Source: an uncultured Acidobacteriaceae bacterium (lineage in GTDB: Bacteria > Acidobacteriota > Terriglobia > Terriglobales > Acidobacteriaceae). Taken from it: a stretch of 64,000 nucleotides of DNA. Location: positions 2,087,912 through 2,151,911 of the forward strand of contig CAWJCF010000001.1 in NCBI GenBank assembly GCA_963841335.1, in the 5' to 3' direction. Below, in pieces: positions 15,677-25,856 of the stretch; within the stretch, counting starts at the first letter, position 1, and each line of letters begins with the position of its first letter. The notes under the pieces were generated by a model. The model saw only the letters and a list, made by a program, of their open reading frames with translations, was not told the DNA's origin and did no database searches. The position numbers and the translations under genes were made by a program.

Positions 15677-17605
15677 TTAGAAGCGATTTGGTTGGTTGCT
15701 CAGGATCTCTTTGCCTCCGCTTTGGGTGATGAGGTAGACGCTGCCTGGGACTGCGGGGGTGGGTTCGGCCAGGTCTTGCCAGAGGAAGATGCGGCGGGGT
15801 TGGGTCCATTTGAGGCGGAGGGAGCCGGGGTCTTCGAAGATGCGGGGGGCGTCGGGGAAGAAGCTGCCGTACCAGAGATTGGAGCTGCGGCCTTCGAGGA
15901 TGTGGATGGGTTCGGAGTTGGCGCTGGGCCGCTGGAGGTAGAAGCCGAGGGTGCTGGCGGCTTCGTATTCGCCGTGGATGACGATGAGGTCGGAGGGCTT
16001 GAGCTGGGGGGCGATGGCCTGGGCGAGCTGGCGCGAGGATAAGACAGGGGAGAAGATCTGCAGGCCGAGGTGGGCGGCGATGAGGAAGGCACAGGTGGCG
16101 GCGAAGAGCCAGAGGTTCGCGGCGTGGAGTTTGTAGCTGCGGCGGAGAAGGCGGTTGGCGAGGGTTCCGGTGAAGAGGGCGATGGCGGTGAGGAGGAGCG
16201 GGTCGCGGAAGGCGGACATGGCGCGGGCGTTGAGGTCGAGGAAGTGGCCGAAGGAGAGGGCGTAGTCGCTGGGGTTTTGGTGGAGGAGGGTGGCGAGGTC
16301 GGTGTTGCTGGTGAGTGGGGGTGAGTGAAGGGCGAAGAAGACCGCGATGAGGGCGGTGATGGAACCTAGGATGAAGAGGATGGTGGCGATTCGTTGGCCC
16401 GAGCGGGTGAGAGGGTTGGGGACGGTGAAGGATTCGGCTTCGGTGGCTTCGTCGTTGAGCCAGGCGGCGATGAGGAGGATGAGGGGTGGGAGGGATGGGA
16501 GGACGTAGTACTCCTGGCGGGTGGAGAGGCTGAAGAAGAGCATGGGGATTGCGGCCCATAGGCCTAAGAGTAAGCGGGTGTTTTCCTGGGGTGACCAGGT
16601 TCGGATGGAGACTAGGGGGCGTAGGGATTTGCGGAGGGGGACGGTGCGGAGGGCTTGGAGAAGGTAGGCGCTGAAGGGGAGGAGCCAGATGAGGAGGAGG
16701 CCCCAGAAGAGATAGAGGGGGACGGTGTCGTAGTCGCGGGGGACGCGGAGGTTGAGATAGCGGAGGAGATGCTCGTTGATGAAATAGAACCAGAGCCAGC
16801 CGTGGACCTTGGCGTCGGTGGGGAGGGGGACGGACCAGTGGCCGTGGGTGAAGGCTAGGTTGCCGGGGTGGCCCTGGGTGGGGTTGGCGAGGGCGATGAG
16901 GATGTGCCAGGGGGCGGCGATTATCAGGAAGACTAGCGTGCTTGAGATGGGGTGGAGTTGTTTGATGCGGGTCAGGACGGCGCTTGGGTTGCGGCGGGTC
17001 AGGGATAGATGCGCGAGGACTATGAGGATGGGGAAGAGGATGCCGATGAGGCCTTTGGTGAGGACGTTTAGGGCACAGGCGGCGGCGAAGGTGTAGCAGA
17101 GGAGTGGGTCTGGTGGTCGAGCGGATTGCTCGGTTAGCCAGTAGGAGTAGAGGGCTAAGGTTAGCCAGAGGCAGACGATGGCGTCGGGGATGATGATGCG
17201 GGTGAAGATGAAGATGCCGAAGCTGGAGAGGACGAGGAGTCCAGCGTAGAGACCAGCGCGTGGGCGGGCGAAGGCTTGGCGGGCGAAGGTTTCGAGGAGG
17301 AGGGTGAGGACGAGGACGGTTAGGGCTAGTGGGAGGCGGGCGGCGGCGGTGTGGACTCCGAAGATGCGGAAGCTGGCGGCCATGGACCAATAGAGGAGAG
17401 GGGCTTTTTCGAGGTAGCGGATGCCGTTGGCGTAGAGGGTGACCCAGTCGTGGCGGAGGAGCATCTCGCGGGAGACTTCGGCGTGGACGGAGTCGGCGTC
17501 GTCGAGGAGGGGAGGGCTGAGGAGAGTGAAGCTGGCGTAGAGGGCGAGCCATAGAGCGAAGAGGATGAGGCGGTTGCGGCGCGTCTCGTCGGGAACTGGG
17601 GTCAC
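15677..17605 (-). CDS. ArnT-like glycosyltransferase family 39 (PMT_2) membrane protein
   Basis: About 12 TM segments. N-terminal loop motif LLDDADSVHAEVSREMLLRHDWVTLYANGIRYLEKAPLLYW is typical of GT39/GT83 enzymes. The C-terminal domain is soluble. Confidence 0.85.
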   Translation of the reverse strand: MTPVPDETRRNRLILFALWLALYASFTLLSPPLLDDADSVHAEVSREMLLRHDWVTLYANGIRYLEKAPLLYWSMAASFRIFGVHTAAARLPLALTVLVLTLLLETFARQAFARPRAGLYAGLLVLSSFGIFIFTRIIIPDAIVCLWLTLALYSYWLTEQSARPPDPLLCYTFAAACALNVLTKGLIGILFPILIVLAHLSLTRRNPSAVLTRIKQLHPISSTLVFLIIAAPWHILIALANPTQGHPGNLAFTHGHWSVPLPTDAKVHGWLWFYFINEHLLRYLNLRVPRDYDTVPLYLFWGLLLIWLLPFSAYLLQALRTVPLRKSLRPLVSIRTWSPQENTRLLLGLWAAIPMLFFSLSTRQEYYVLPSLPPLILLIAAWLNDEATEAESFTVPNPLTRSGQRIATILFILGSITALIAVFFALHSPPLTSNTDLATLLHQNPSDYALSFGHFLDLNARAMSAFRDPLLLTAIALFTGTLANRLLRRSYKLHAANLWLFAATCAFLIAAHLGLQIFSPVLSSRQLAQAIAPQLKPSDLIVIHGEYEAASTLGFYLQRPSANSEPIHILEGRSSNLWYGSFFPDAPRIFEDPGSLRLKWTQPRRIFLWQDLAEPTPAVPGSVYLITQSGGKEILSNQPNRF

Positions 17606-17759
17606 ACGAACAGTGTAAAGACGCGACCGCGGATTGCGCGGATGGAACGGATAGAACGGGGATGAAAGACGGATTTAGAGGCGAAGGCAGGAAATTGTTT
17701 TTTATCCGTGGGCATCGTTGTGTTCCGTGGTCGACTTTTTGGTGGTTTGTCGTAGGCTG

Positions 17760-18863
17760 ATGGATGTGCGTGATCTTGTTCAGGTGAGTGGGCCTCCGAC
17801 GGAGCTGATCTTTGGGGATTGGTATCCGGCTTTGCGGTCGCGGGAGTTGCGTGCGGGGAAGACAGCTACGGCCTTGTTGCTGGGAGTGCCGCTGCTGCTT
17901 GGGAGAAAGAACGATGGACGGTTGTTTGCTATGCGGGATCTTTGTCCGCACCGGGGGATTCCGCTGTCGGCGGGGTGGTTCGATGGGGAGACTGTGACTT
18001 GTAAGTACCATGGGTGGCGGTTCGAGCCTTGTTCGGGGCAATGCGTGGAGATTCCTTCGCTGACTAGCCACGAGACGCTGGAGCCGGGGAAGATTTATGC
18101 GGGGGCTTATCCGTGTGAGGAGCGGGATGGGTATGCGTGGGTTTATCTGCCGGAGGCTGGGACTGGGCGGGTGATGGGAGAGTTGCCTCCGGTGCCGGAG
18201 GTGCCTAAGTTTTCGGGGCGGTTTCGGTCGGCTCATCTGACGGCGGAGCTGCCTTGCAATGTGGACCACGGGATTATTGGGTTGATGGATCCGGCGCATG
18301 GGCCGTTTGTGCACCAGGCCTGGTGGTGGCGGTCGGCGGCTAGTATTCATGAGAAAACGAAGCACTTTGAGCCGATCGAGGATGTCGCGAATAAGGGGAG
18401 AAATGCGGGGTTCCGGATGTCGTCGCATGCTCCCAGTGCGAACTCGGCGCCTTATAAGTTGCTGGGGGTTTATGGGGAGAAGATAACGACGGAGATTGAT
18501 TTTGTGCTGCCGAACCGGCGGTATGAGACGATTCGCGCGGGGGAGAAGTGGTTTGCTAGTTTGACTACGGTGACTCCGGTGACGGCTTCTACTTGCAGGA
18601 TTGATGTTTGTGCGGCCTGGAATGTTTTTTATTGGGTGCCATTTGTAACTCCGATTGCTACGTTTTTTGGGGCTCGGTTTGTGCGGCAGGATCAGGAGAC
18701 TATGGTGGAGCAGGCTCGGGGGTTGCGGTTCAATCCGGGGCTGATGCTGATTGATGATGCGGATAAGCCGGCGAAGTGGTATTTCGCTTTGAAGCAGGCT
18801 CGGTTGAAGGGGACGGGTGAGCATCCTTTGAGTGGGCCGGTGGAGTTGCATTGGCGGAGTTGA
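17760..18863 (+). CDS. Rieske [2Fe-2S] non-haem oxygenase, pheophorbide a oxygenase (PaO)-like
   Basis: Rieske motif CPHRGIPLSAG...CKYHGWRF. Mononuclear-iron region NVDHGIIGLMDPAHGPFVH. ATG at 17760. Confidence 0.85.
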   Translation: MDVRDLVQVSGPPTELIFGDWYPALRSRELRAGKTATALLLGVPLLLGRKNDGRLFAMRDLCPHRGIPLSAGWFDGETVTCKYHGWRFEPCSGQCVEIPSLTSHETLEPGKIYAGAYPCEERDGYAWVYLPEAGTGRVMGELPPVPEVPKFSGRFRSAHLTAELPCNVDHGIIGLMDPAHGPFVHQAWWWRSAASIHEKTKHFEPIEDVANKGRNAGFRMSSHAPSANSAPYKLLGVYGEKITTEIDFVLPNRRYETIRAGEKWFASLTTVTPVTASTCRIDVCAAWNVFYWVPFVTPIATFFGARFVRQDQETMVEQARGLRFNPGLMLIDDADKPAKWYFALKQARLKGTGEHPLSGPVELHWRS

Positions 18864-18974
18864 GGGTTGGGTGGCCCCCCTGTCAAAAAGTATGCAAAGT
18901 ATTGGTAAGAAGCTGGTTAAGTCTAGACTTTGGGTGGCGTTTGCTCCAAGAGCTGTGCAGAGGGTGGGGAATAG

Positions 18975-19095
18975 GCGGGCCGTCTTCGGCGAGAAGACTG
19001 GTGAGGCAAGTGAAAAAGCAAATGCAGGTCCTTCGACTGCGCTGTTTGCAAAGTGCGCAAACTGCTCCGCTCAGGATGACACCTTTCTTGGGTGA
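18975..19095 (+). repeat. intergenic repeat, type A hairpin module copy 2 (core 19024-19082)
   Basis: gcaggtccttcgactgcg-ctgtttgc-aaagtgc-gcaaactg-ctccgctcaggatgacac, preceded by an A-rich tract and a gtcttc/gaagac hairpin. Confidence 0.75.
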
Positions 19096-19296
19096 GCGGG
19101 CTATGGCCTGAAGGGCGATGACTTGTCCCTTTACGCATGATTAAGTGGGCTTGCTAGTAGTTCTGGGAGTTCCGCGCGTTTTGCGGTGGAGGTAGTCTCC
19201 GTGGGTACAGGCTACTCCGCGCGAGCCTTCTCTGTTTTGCGGCTATGGGCCATATGGCGCGTCTCGCGTGTCTGACCAAATCCAAGGGGAAAAGTC

Positions 19297-20643
19297 ATGG
19301 AAGCGTTATTAGAGAAAAGTTCGACCTTGACGACAGAAGAGGCGCATGCGATTGCGGTGGATGCGTATGTTTATTTCTACCCACTTGTCTTGATGGATCT
19401 GACCCGGAAGCAATTGACGAACATCGACCAAAGAGAGACTGGCAAGGGTCCCATGAATACGTTTGTGAATGTTCCGGCTTATCCGCCTGCGGATTTCAAA
19501 GGGGTGGTGCGCTCGAACTTCGATACGCTCTATTCGATTGCGTGGCTGGATCTGACGAAGGAACCGCTGGTGGTCTCCGCGCCGGATTCGGCGGGACGGT
19601 ATTACCTGCTGCCGATGCTTGATATGTGGACGGATGTCTTCGCTTCGCCCGGGTGGCGGACTACAGGCACGGAGGCGGCTAATTTTCTAGTTACACCTCC
19701 CGGGTGGAGTGGGACGGTTCCTGATGGTTTCGCTCATATCGCTGCGCCGACTTCGTATGTCTGGATTATCGGCCGCACCAAGACAGATGGACCGGCGGAC
19801 TATGACGCCGTGCACAAGATTCAGGCGGGCTATAAAGTTACGCCGCAGTCAGGCTGGGGCAGTGCGCCCGTACCCGTGCCGGTAAAGACTGACCCGACCG
19901 TCGATATGAAGACGCCTCCCATGGTGCAGGGGGACACGATGTCCGCAGGGGCCTTTTTTGCGTATGCTGCGGAGTTGCTTAAGATCCATCCACCTCACAT
20001 CACCGACCAGCCCATCATCGCGCAGATGAAGCGGATCGGGATCACGCCCGGCAAGAGTTTCGACCTGTCGAAGCTCGACCCGGAGGTGAGGAAGGGTGTG
20101 GAGGGAGCGCCGGCGGATGCGCATCAACTGATGAAGTGGAAGATACCAACCCTGGCGAGGGTTGCGAACGGCTGGTCGATGAATACCGACACGATGGGGG
20201 TGTATGGGAATTACTACCTGAAGCGCGCCATTGTGTCGCGGGTGGGCCTGGGGGCGAATCTGCCGGAGGATGCCATCTACCCTTTGAATCTTGGAGACGC
20301 CGAGGGCAAGCCGCTGGATGGGGCGAACAAGTACACAATTCATTTTGAGAAGGGCGCTACACCTCCGGTTGATGCTTTCTGGTCGATTACGCTTTACGAC
20401 TCGGATGGCTTTCAGGTTGGGAATGTGCTGAATCGGTTTGCGGTGAGCAGCTGGATGCCGTTTGTGAAAAATGCTGACGGTTCGCTCGACATCTATTTTC
20501 AGAATGACAGTCCGGGCAAGGACAAAGAGGCTAACTGGCTTCCGGCGCCAAAAGCAGCGTTCAATCTGACGATGCGGCTCTACGCGCCGCAGAGTGACGC
20601 GTTGACGGGCAAGTGGAATCCGCCTCCCGTCAAGAACGCATGA
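19297..20643 (+). CDS. DUF1254 + DUF1214 domain protein
   Basis: N-terminal AVDAYVYFYPLVLMDLTR pattern (DUF1254). C-terminal ...DAFWSITLYD..G..V.N.LNR...SS (DUF1214). Confidence 0.8.
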   Translation: MEALLEKSSTLTTEEAHAIAVDAYVYFYPLVLMDLTRKQLTNIDQRETGKGPMNTFVNVPAYPPADFKGVVRSNFDTLYSIAWLDLTKEPLVVSAPDSAGRYYLLPMLDMWTDVFASPGWRTTGTEAANFLVTPPGWSGTVPDGFAHIAAPTSYVWIIGRTKTDGPADYDAVHKIQAGYKVTPQSGWGSAPVPVPVKTDPTVDMKTPPMVQGDTMSAGAFFAYAAELLKIHPPHITDQPIIAQMKRIGITPGKSFDLSKLDPEVRKGVEGAPADAHQLMKWKIPTLARVANGWSMNTDTMGVYGNYYLKRAIVSRVGLGANLPEDAIYPLNLGDAEGKPLDGANKYTIHFEKGATPPVDAFWSITLYDSDGFQVGNVLNRFAVSSWMPFVKNADGSLDIYFQNDSPGKDKEANWLPAPKAAFNLTMRLYAPQSDALTGKWNPPPVKNA

Positions 20644-20703
20644 GTCTGACGAAGACTGGGCCGAGTTTGTGAAGGACACAACTACGAAAGAAGGAGCACG
20701 ATC

Positions 20704-21213
20704 ATGAAGACCAAGATTGCATTCTGCGCGATGCTGCTGTGCATCACGTCCGTGATTGCCGTTGGACAGCAGGTTTCGGTGAACTACAACCACAGCCAGA
20801 GTTTCGCCGGGTATCACACGTATGCCTGGGGAAGTAACAACGCGAACCAAATCCAAGACTCGATCCTGGCCCAGGTGGCACAACAGGATATCGATACGGC
20901 CTTGCAAGCCAAGGGTCTGCAGAAGGTGACGGAAGATAAGAATCCGGATCTGGTCATTACCGCGAACGGCGGGATGAAACAGCAGACTTCGTATACCGCA
21001 ATGGGCATGCGCGGGTTTGGCGGTGGAATGGGCACGATTAGCCCGGAGCAAAACGTGATTGGGACGATGATTGTCGATCTGTTTGACGCCAAGACGAAGT
21101 CTCTGGTTTGGCGCGGGATCGCCCAGGACACGTTGAGCAATAACGGCGATAAGAATCAGAAGATGGTGCAGAGTGCCGTCACGAAGATGTTTAAGCAGTG
21201 GCCGAAGAGTTAG
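20704..21213 (+). CDS. DUF4136-like lipoprotein/secreted protein
   Basis: Signal peptide MKTKIAFCAMLLCITSVIAVGQQ. Contains ...GTMIVDLFDAKTKSLVWRGIA... Confidence 0.7.
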   Translation: MKTKIAFCAMLLCITSVIAVGQQVSVNYNHSQSFAGYHTYAWGSNNANQIQDSILAQVAQQDIDTALQAKGLQKVTEDKNPDLVITANGGMKQQTSYTAMGMRGFGGGMGTISPEQNVIGTMIVDLFDAKTKSLVWRGIAQDTLSNNGDKNQKMVQSAVTKMFKQWPKS

Positions 21214-21528
21214 ATTGCTCCGCTCATCACAGACGGAGGGGCGATCGGCAGGGTTTGCGGGTTTGGTCTCCTTTCGCTAGCGATTGCATGCTGGGCGCGC
21301 GATGGGGAGGACCACACGCAGGCCATCAGAGGCTTGTTCGTTTATAACGTTCTGGCGTTTTTGTACCTGGGCTACCTGAGAATCACTGGCGAGTTCAGTA
21401 GGTATTTTCTTTTGCCGGTTTGTCTTGTTTATTGATTGCTGACGCTGCTGTTTGTGCGTCCGGTGTTCGAAGGCGCGATTGGCAAAGGTCCGAAGATTTG
21501 ATCTGAGGCAAGGGAGAATTGAACGTCT

Positions 21529-22290
21529 ATGCATGCTTTGGTGGTTGGCTCTCTGGCGTTTGCGTTGATCTTCGTGGGAGCGCTGGTTGGCATTGCGATC
21601 CGGCCCATCGTGCCTCCGGGGCACTTGGTCCCGGAAGCGAAAGATACCGTGAGACTGGCCATCGGTCTTGTGGTCACCATGACGGGGCTTGTGCTGGGGA
21701 TGCTGGTTTCTTCGGCGAAGACCTTTTACGACGGCGAAAAAAACCAAGTGGCGCTGCTGGGTTCGCAGATCGTTCTGCTCAGTGATCTGTTGGTAGCGTA
21801 TGGTCCGGAGGCCAGTTCGACTCATATTGTGGCCCAGAAGTTTGTCGAGGAGGGCATCGATCGGGTTTGGCCAAAAGACACGTCGCAGAGGTACCAGCTG
21901 AGGCCGGGAAGCGCCGGATCCGATTTTTATGCGCATGTGCAACAGTTAAAGCCGAACGATGAGATGCAACGGGTCATTAAGGCTGAGCTTCTGTCCACGT
22001 CTCTCACGTTGAGAGAGACCTATTGGCTGATGTATCTGCAATCGGAGCAGACATCCGTGCCGAAGCCGCTGCTGGCGGTCGTGATCTCGTGGCTAGTTGC
22101 GATTTTCGTCAGCTTCGGTCTGTTCGCTCCCCGCAACGCTACTGTGGTTGTGACGCTCATCATCTGTGCGCTGGCGGCTTCGCTTGCGATCTTCATCATC
22201 TCTTCGATGTATTCGCCGTTTAGCGGAATTTTGAAGATTTCTCCAATCTCGGCCCGTGCAGCGTTGAGCCAGATTGAAAAAAACCAATGA
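21529..22290 (+). CDS. membrane protein, DUF4239-like
   Basis: Two N-terminal and two C-terminal TM helices flank a soluble middle region. The family call is from memory and uncertain. Confidence 0.6.
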   Translation: MHALVVGSLAFALIFVGALVGIAIRPIVPPGHLVPEAKDTVRLAIGLVVTMTGLVLGMLVSSAKTFYDGEKNQVALLGSQIVLLSDLLVAYGPEASSTHIVAQKFVEEGIDRVWPKDTSQRYQLRPGSAGSDFYAHVQQLKPNDEMQRVIKAELLSTSLTLRETYWLMYLQSEQTSVPKPLLAVVISWLVAIFVSFGLFAPRNATVVVTLIICALAASLAIFIISSMYSPFSGILKISPISARAALSQIEKNQ

Positions 22291-22339
22291 ACAGGCCGCG
22301 GCTGTTCGGCAATGAATCGCTGAGGGCCGCGGCGCTGGT

Positions 22340-23113
22340 TTACTGTCCCATGACCCGCTGATAGTTGGAGTTGGTGGTGGTGACTACGAGCTTCTTGGCG
22401 GTGGCGTTGAGGACTGATTGCGCGACGTAGTTGGTGGAGTCGGGCAGGCTTGCGAACTGGACCGCGAGGGTGACGGTGTCCTGAGGATTGTCCATGTAGG
22501 TGTTCACGTTTATGGAGACGATCTTTTTTGTGGCACTGCTGAAGGTGAGGGTCATCTGGTCACCGGGCTGGGCGTAGTCCTTGAAGACCATGTTTGTGGT
22601 GCCGGAGTCCGGGGAGGGGTTGAGTGAGACTTTGCCGGCCCCGAAGGCTTGCTCCATCTTTTGAGGATTGGGCGGGACGTACAGGGCGAGCAGGGTCTTG
22701 ACCTGCCCCATGTAGTCCTTCATCTCAGTTGTCTTCTTTTCGATGATTCTTTGTTTCATTCTGCCGCCGCTCGGCGGTGGGGGTGGCGGACTCATGGGAG
22801 TCTTCTGCACGGTTCCGTCGGGGCCGTACTGGCAGAGGGATTGGGATGGGGGCTTTTGGTCGCCGTTGAGCGTGAGCTGGGTGGTTTCGGTCCATTGGTA
22901 CTGGCGGAGCTTCGCCTGGTTTTCGGCGATGGACTGCTTTATCGCCGCGAGTTTTTGTTGAACCGCGGGACTGGGTTGGGCGATCGCGGAGGCGGTTACA
23001 GAGAAGATGGAGGCCAGCAGTGCGGCGGCGGTGAGGAGCACGGCTTTTCCGCCGACGCGAGGTGAGGGTTGAGCGGTGGGCTGCGAAGGGATGAGGGCTT
23101 GAGATGAATTCAT
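22340..23113 (-). CDS. secreted protein of unknown function
   Basis: ATG 23113 has AGGAG 6 nt upstream. Signal-anchor VLLTAAALLASIFSVTASAIAQ and a PPPPPP linker. The longer ORF up to 23233 lacks support. Confidence 0.6.
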   Translation of the reverse strand: MNSSQALIPSQPTAQPSPRVGGKAVLLTAAALLASIFSVTASAIAQPSPAVQQKLAAIKQSIAENQAKLRQYQWTETTQLTLNGDQKPPSQSLCQYGPDGTVQKTPMSPPPPPPSGGRMKQRIIEKKTTEMKDYMGQVKTLLALYVPPNPQKMEQAFGAGKVSLNPSPDSGTTNMVFKDYAQPGDQMTLTFSSATKKIVSINVNTYMDNPQDTVTLAVQFASLPDSTNYVAQSVLNATAKKLVVTTTNSNYQRVMGQ

Positions 23114-23257
23114 TGAGGGCTCCTGATGACGTGTGCTGTGGGGGCCAGAAGGCAACCGGGCGATAGACAAGCGTCGCCTTGTGCATGATTGTCTTGGATT
23201 ATGGGCCGTCAGGAGGTTTGGCGAAGCTAGCAATAGTAGCAGTTTGATGTTTAAACG

Positions 23258-25846
23258 TTAGAAGGCGCTGACGCCTTCTTCGATCACTAGCTGGTCGACG
23301 GAGATGTTCATGGCCTTGCCGAGGTTTTTGAAGTCCTCTTTCCATTCGGCGGTCCAGTAGTTGGTGTCGCTGCGGCGGAGGAGGTCGTTCCAGATGTTCT
23401 GGGCTTGCCAGAGGTTTACTTCGAAGGGCATGCTCTTGATGGTTTCGGCGATGAGGAGGGCGGTGGCGAGGGCTCCGACGGCGGAGGGGTCGCCTGATGC
23501 GGAGGCTTCGAGGCGAACCATGGCTCGCTTCATGCGCTGGCCGGCGGTGTAGCCGAGGAGCTGGGTGTCGAGTGGGACCTGATCGGCTTCGGCGCGCTGA
23601 AGGAGGGATTCAATGGTGGCGGGATCGAAAGGATCTGCTTCGATGGCGCGGCGGAGAGCGGCATTGATGGCAAAGCGTGCGGCGGAGGCTAGAGCGGGTG
23701 GGGCGGCCATGCCGGTTTCGGTGAGGAAGTGGAGCAGCGAGGCGTGGTCTTCGTAGATCTTGCGGAGGGAGTCCTCCATTTCGGAGATGGTCTGGTTGAG
23801 GATGGTGTTGAGGATGCGGTGCTGCTCGTCGGCGAAGAGCGAGGTTAGGGAGTAGGACATGTCGCCGAAGAAGCGGTCGATGAGGCGGATGACTTCGGGG
23901 AGATTGGCGCGGCGGATGGCGGTGCCGATGTCGGTGGTGAAGTGGTTGAAGGCTTCGACCTGGGAGGGGTCCTGGGCGTTGTAGCGCTTGACGGCGGCGG
24001 AGAGATTCTGGTCGCCGAGGTGGAGGACGGCGAAGCAGATGTCTTCGGCCTCTTCGGTAATGCGGGAGTAGATGAGGGCTCGACCGACGGCTACGCGGCC
24101 ACGGCCGGAGCTGAAGGTCTCCTGGCCTTCGCGATGGACGTCGAAGCAGAAGAGCTCGCCGTGTTCGGGGTAGTTGCGGAAGATGGAGCTGATGGCGTAG
24201 TGGGCGCCGACCTGTTCGAGGCCGATCTGCATGGAGTTGATGTAGCGGCGATAGACTTCGCTGCCGTCGCCGATCTCGGGAAGATTGCTTTTTGCTTTGG
24301 CGAGGATGTTGAGGAAGTTGGCTTCAAGGGCGAGGCCGGGTTCGCCGAAGAGCTTGCGGGCAAGTTGAAGGACGCGTCCGGCATAGGCGATGACCTGCAC
24401 GGTCTCGATGCCGGAGACTTCGTCGAAGAACCAGCCGCAGGAGGTGTACATGAGTTGGGTGTGGCGCTCGAGCTCCATGAGTTCGAGGACGGTGATGCGC
24501 TCGAGTTCGGAGAGGGTGCGGGCGGCTTGCTGGTCGAAGAACTTGATAATGGAGGCGGGGGAGCGATCGAGGATGACGTGGATGTAGGCTTCGCGGGCGG
24601 CCCAGAGGTCTTTGAGGAAGTGCTGGGCGAGTTGTTCGGCGAGTGGGGCGGAGGCGTCGCGAAGATAATCCAGGGCTTCGCGGAGGGGGGCGCGCCATTG
24701 CTGGTTCCAGCCGGGCTTGCCTCCGTTGCAGCCGCAGTCGGAGCGCCAGCGCTCGACTCCGTGGATGCAGGACCATGAGGTGTCGTCGACGACCTCGGCC
24801 TCCCACTGGGGCGGGAATCTTTCGAGGAACTCGCCGTAGTTGGTGAGGCTGGCCTTCTGGCCCTCTTCGATGGTGTGCATGGCGTAGGAGAGCGCCATTT
24901 CGCCGCGCTTGTGGTGGTGGCCGTAGGATTCGCCGTCGGTGGCGATGTGGGAGATCTGGGCGGTTTCGGGGTCACCGGGCGAGGGAGGGTGGAAGACGGC
25001 GAAGAGACGGTTGGCGAAGTCGACGCCGCTGTTGAGGAGACCCTCGAAGGCTACGGCGCGGGAGGCTGGGCCGTCGTAGAAGAAGACGGCGATGGAGCGG
25101 CCTTCGTCGAGACGCACGAGGTAGGGGTGGGTGGGGTCGACGGTGGCGTCGGGGGTTTCGGTCCAGGCTTCGGCGGGGTCGGTGGGTTTGGAATCGTCGC
25201 TGTCCGGGGTGGGATTCTTCAGAGGATCTGCGGCGAGCTTGCGCACGCGGGCGCATTGGGAGGGGGCGAGGAGGGTGAACTTGATGCCCTCCTGGGCTAA
25301 GAGGTCGAGGACGCTGCGGTTGACGGCGGTTTCGGAGAGCCACATACCTTCGGGCTTGCGCTTGAAGCGGTGTTCAAAGTCGGCGATACCCCAGCGGATT
25401 TGGGTGATGGCGTCGCGGCGATCGGCGAGGGGCATGATGAGGTGGTTGTAGACCTGGGCGAGGGCGGAGCCGTGTCCGCTGTAGCGTTGGGCGCTGACTT
25501 TGTCGGCGTCGAGGATCATGCGGTAGGTGCGGGGGGCTTTGTCTTCGAGCCAACTGAGGAGGGTGGGGCCGAAGTTGTAGCTCATCCGGGCATAGTTGTT
25601 CATGATGCGGATGATTTCGTCTTCCTGGTTGGTAATGCGGGAGGCGCCGTTGGGGGCGTAACACTCGGCGGTGATGCGGTCGTTCCAGTCGTGATAGGGG
25701 GCGGCGGAGTCCTGGACCTCGACGGTCTCGAGCCATGGGTTTTCGCGTGGGGGCTGGTAGAAGTGGCCGTGGACGCAGACGAAGCGAGGGGCTTCGGCGG
25801 AGGGTTGCGGCTTTGGGGATTTTGCTGTGGCGCGAGGCTTGGCCAT
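23258..25846 (-). CDS. glycoside hydrolase family 57 protein with C-terminal DUF3536-like region
   Basis: N-terminal GH57 signature FVCVHGHFYQPPRENPW....V..QDSAAPYHDWN.RI..ECY, and ...ATDGESYGHH... Confidence 0.9.
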   Translation of the reverse strand: MAKPRATAKSPKPQPSAEAPRFVCVHGHFYQPPRENPWLETVEVQDSAAPYHDWNDRITAECYAPNGASRITNQEDEIIRIMNNYARMSYNFGPTLLSWLEDKAPRTYRMILDADKVSAQRYSGHGSALAQVYNHLIMPLADRRDAITQIRWGIADFEHRFKRKPEGMWLSETAVNRSVLDLLAQEGIKFTLLAPSQCARVRKLAADPLKNPTPDSDDSKPTDPAEAWTETPDATVDPTHPYLVRLDEGRSIAVFFYDGPASRAVAFEGLLNSGVDFANRLFAVFHPPSPGDPETAQISHIATDGESYGHHHKRGEMALSYAMHTIEEGQKASLTNYGEFLERFPPQWEAEVVDDTSWSCIHGVERWRSDCGCNGGKPGWNQQWRAPLREALDYLRDASAPLAEQLAQHFLKDLWAAREAYIHVILDRSPASIIKFFDQQAARTLSELERITVLELMELERHTQLMYTSCGWFFDEVSGIETVQVIAYAGRVLQLARKLFGEPGLALEANFLNILAKAKSNLPEIGDGSEVYRRYINSMQIGLEQVGAHYAISSIFRNYPEHGELFCFDVHREGQETFSSGRGRVAVGRALIYSRITEEAEDICFAVLHLGDQNLSAAVKRYNAQDPSQVEAFNHFTTDIGTAIRRANLPEVIRLIDRFFGDMSYSLTSLFADEQHRILNTILNQTISEMEDSLRKIYEDHASLLHFLTETGMAAPPALASAARFAINAALRRAIEADPFDPATIESLLQRAEADQVPLDTQLLGYTAGQRMKRAMVRLEASASGDPSAVGALATALLIAETIKSMPFEVNLWQAQNIWNDLLRRSDTNYWTAEWKEDFKNLGKAMNISVDQLVIEEGVSAF

Positions 25847-25856
25847 AAGTCTTGAG

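Noticed and set aside
15591-18851. 1086-aa minus-strand ORF, the longest in the track
   Set aside because: Its composition is extremely Pro/Arg/His/Leu-rich and low in complexity. It spans two well-supported genes: the GT39 gene in another frame of the same strand and the Rieske oxygenase on the opposite strand. It is a typical stop-free shadow frame of high-GC DNA.
21277-21942. 221-aa minus-strand ORF overlapping the DUF4239-like gene
   Set aside because: It is an Arg/Gln/His-rich shadow frame, whereas the plus-strand frame encodes clean TM helices. A possible 50-codon plus-strand fragment at about 21288-21440 (MLGARDGEDHTQAIRGLFVYNVLAFLYLGYL...) may be a membrane-protein remnant, but it is too short to support.
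22295-22333. Possible bidirectional terminator between the convergent genes 21529..22290 and 22340..23113
   Set aside because: Two copies of the palindromic octamer gccgcggc could pair across a 23-nt loop. The loop is large, there is no U-tract on either side, and the structure nearly touches both stop codons. This is too weak to call.
23942-24975. ORFs 23942..24778 (plus), 24091..24975 and 24324..24806 (minus, other frames) inside the GH57 gene
   Set aside because: They are Gly/Ala/Glu-rich or Pro/Ser/Thr-rich shadow frames. The GH57 frame carries the family signature and spans the whole region.
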